Under the pieces are notes generated by a model. The model was not told where the DNA came from. It did not search any database and worked only from the letters and a program-made list of their open reading frames with translations. DNA of 64,000 nt, from assembly GCA_964640295.1 (NCBI GenBank), contig CAZXFX010000005.1:21497-85496 (forward strand). The letters are read 5' to 3'. Below are positions 62,253-64,000 of the stretch, one piece after another (position 1 is the first letter of the stretch; every line of letters begins with the position of its first letter). A program made the position numbers and the translations under genes. The stretch is from an uncultured Dehalococcoidia bacterium. Lineage in GTDB: Bacteria; Chloroflexota; Dehalococcoidia; Lucifugimonadales; UBA1123.

Positions 62253-64000
62253 ATGGTATCCCAAGGTTCAGACAATATATACAGGACCATAATAGTCGGC
62301 GCGGGAAGCTCAGCCGCCAACTTCATTCCAGAGTTCTGTCGCTCTGAGTCCGAAAACGTCCGAGTCACATTCATAGACCACGATTTGGATCAAATAGATG
62401 ACCTCCGCAGGCAATTGTCAAGTGTCCTCGATGAGGACTCCCTTAATACAGTACATGTCAATAAGCCTGAAACTGCCAGGGCCAATTTCAGGTCCAAGGT
62501 TCAGGAACTTGGATTCTCATACGAAAGGATAAACTGGGATAGAGAGGTCGCCCCGGATACACCTCCTGTCATACGGATTTTGACCCACATACAGTGGGAT
62601 GAGATTAAGAGAGCTATTGACGATCATATCCAGAAAAATCTGGATGACACCCCTACTGCCGAAAATAGAATAGTCTACGTCTTTGGCGTAACAGGCATGA
62701 CCTCCAGCACCGTAGCCATGGAAGCTTCGAAATTGTACAGAAAGCGCCTGAAAGACTGGGCCAGAGAGCGCGCCTCCACCAGTAGCCAGGAAATCAGACA
62801 AATCGGACTTGCGCTTATGTCTCCCACTCCGACTCTTGGGATTAGCGCGTATAATATCGAGCAAGGCTACAAAATTTGCACGATGCTCTCTGAAACAGTC
62901 CCGGACGAATACGCAAGTCTAAAGCAAAGAGAAGCCTTCCCTTTCGACAATTTGTTCCTCATAGATGGAAGCGGATTCGGTGGTGAAGACCGGCAGGATC
63001 AGCGAGAATTCAGTAAATGGTCTGCCGAAACTCTTTCCATGTTGTTATATCCCAAAGGACAGGACAGACATGGAAGTATAGATACCAACGAAATATTGGG
63101 CGAGCTGAGAGGCTACCGTAGTATAGCTCTTGGTCGGGCAGGCTGGAACCCAGAAGAGATAATTGAGGTTCAAGACCAGGTAGTTCTTAACTCATTGGTT
63201 GAAATCGGTCTTGATTCAGGCCTTGCATCAGAAGATGTAAAAAGAGTTCTGAGACAGCTTAAGAGCGGCGATGAAGATGTTCGAAAACAACTAGAAGGAA
63301 TGATTGTTGCCCTTGATGATGAAGAGGACGCTAAAGGGGAGCTCGAAAAGTTCAATTCACGATGGTACCGTAGAGTGGGTGGGGGAAGGCTGGAGCGGGA
63401 GAATAGACTCAAAGAGGCTGTAGCTAATGCGGATAGCGTATTTGAAGGTTTGGAGAATATGGTGGAGGCTCGCGCTGATAAACTAGACAAGAAATTTAGA
63501 GGTCGCAGACTCAAGTTCCTGTGGAGTACCCCATCGCTCAGAGAGACCATTAGATTGGTGGAAAATAGAGGGCCTGGGAGTGTATTGACTAACTTTGAAT
63601 CTCTGGAGTCATCTGATCAGCAGCGTTTCAGAACGGATCGCGACAGTATGCTTATGCGTATGATAGATCCATCTACTGAACATGATACAAGAACGAAAAG
63701 CATTAAATCATGGGAAATGGGACCGTCTGATGGCAGACAGATGCTTGGATTCCCCACAGAAGATTTGCAGTATGAAATGATGGACAATAGAGATGACCCA
63801 GTAGAAGTAGCCGAATATGAACTGAGCGGGGATATGCTCTATTCATTGATGTTCTGGATTCCTGCGGATGGAAAGATTATGCCCAGATACTACCGTAACC
63901 AATCCAATCCTGAACGCAATCGCTTGCCTGAAGATAAAGACGCTTGGCCCGAATCTGTAGATTCAACCAGCGATGACGTAGATAAGATGCTGAGGCATGG
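62253..64000 (+). CDS. Large hypothetical protein, 3'-truncated by the window (at least 582 aa); possible degenerate tubulin/FtsZ-like N-domain
   Basis: Hand-translated codon by codon with no stop from ATG 62253 (AGGAGG RBS 7 nt upstream) to the window end. Absent from the ORF track, presumably because it has no stop. AT-rich. Motifs TIIVGAGSSAANF (aa 12-24), VTFIDHDLD, VYVFGVTGMTSSTV (aa 141-154) and FLIDGSGFGG (aa 235-244). Confidence 0.75.
   Translation, partial: MVSQGSDNIYRTIIVGAGSSAANFIPEFCRSESENVRVTFIDHDLDQIDDLRRQLSSVLDEDSLNTVHVNKPETARANFRSKVQELGFSYERINWDREVAPDTPPVIRILTHIQWDEIKRAIDDHIQKNLDDTPTAENRIVYVFGVTGMTSSTVAMEASKLYRKRLKDWARERASTSSQEIRQIGLALMSPTPTLGISAYNIEQGYKICTMLSETVPDEYASLKQREAFPFDNLFLIDGSGFGGEDRQDQREFSKWSAETLSMLLYPKGQDRHGSIDTNEILGELRGYRSIALGRAGWNPEEIIEVQDQVVLNSLVEIGLDSGLASEDVKRVLRQLKSGDEDVRKQLEGMIVALDDEEDAKGELEKFNSRWYRRVGGGRLERENRLKEAVANADSVFEGLENMVEARADKLDKKFRGRRLKFLWSTPSLRETIRLVENRGPGSVLTNFESLESSDQQRFRTDRDSMLMRMIDPSTEHDTRTKSIKSWEMGPSDGRQMLGFPTEDLQYEMMDNRDDPVEVAEYELSGDMLYSLMFWIPADGKIMPRYYRNQSNPERNRLPEDKDAWPESVDSTSDDVDKMLRH

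Noticed and set aside
62517-63550. Minus-strand ORFs 62517-62864 and 63170-63550 from the ORF track
   Set aside because: Both lie inside the uninterrupted 582-codon plus-strand frame, which has a strong RBS. Their translations are Ser/Leu-rich shadows.
1-64000. Search by eye of all intergenic regions for tRNA, rRNA, tmRNA, RNase P, SRP RNA and CRISPR repeats
   Set aside because: No cloverleaf-compatible sequence, rRNA-like conserved block or repeat-spacer array was seen. A covariance-model scan (tRNAscan-SE, Infernal/Rfam) would be needed to exclude small structured RNAs, especially in 25172-25406 and in the two 110-nt repeat copies.

Overview
64-kb chromosomal window from a moderately GC-rich bacterium, gene-dense on both strands. 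I found no rRNA, tRNA or CRISPR array. By inference only, the content resembles marine Chloroflexota (SAR202-like). It is rich in paralogs: 3 DUF1800, 1 DUF1501, 3 NHL propellers, 2 class III CoA-transferases, an LLM flavin oxidoreductase, an enolase-superfamily enzyme plus a remnant of another, several amidohydrolases/amidases, and 2 D-Ser-dehydratase-like proteins. It also carries two peptide-type ABC importers and a TetR-linked betaine importer, whose lipoprotein binding proteins share an unusual repeated EVVKEV/PGETVVVEK linker. Housekeeping genes are pyrG, aroE, thyX, lipB, glnS, pgi, tal and tsaD. Between these sit small, more AT-rich accessory islets: (1) a split OLD-like ABC-ATPase + Toprim-like pair (3119-4821); (2) a decayed HicAB cassette next to an enolase-gene remnant; (3) an 824-nt two-ORF cassette bracketed by a perfect 65-nt duplication of the kdgK-like 3' end; (4) a VapBC cassette bracketed by a ~70-nt duplication of the 3' end of a D-Ser-dehydratase-like gene; (5) two different MITE-like elements; (6) a small-protein + retropepsin-like protease pair; and (7) a large AT-rich ORF of at least 582 aa that runs off the right edge and has degenerate tubulin/FtsZ-like glycine motifs. 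The most promising candidates for something undescribed are items 1, 3, 4 and 7. All family assignments come from reading the translations and recalling motifs. No searches were run.
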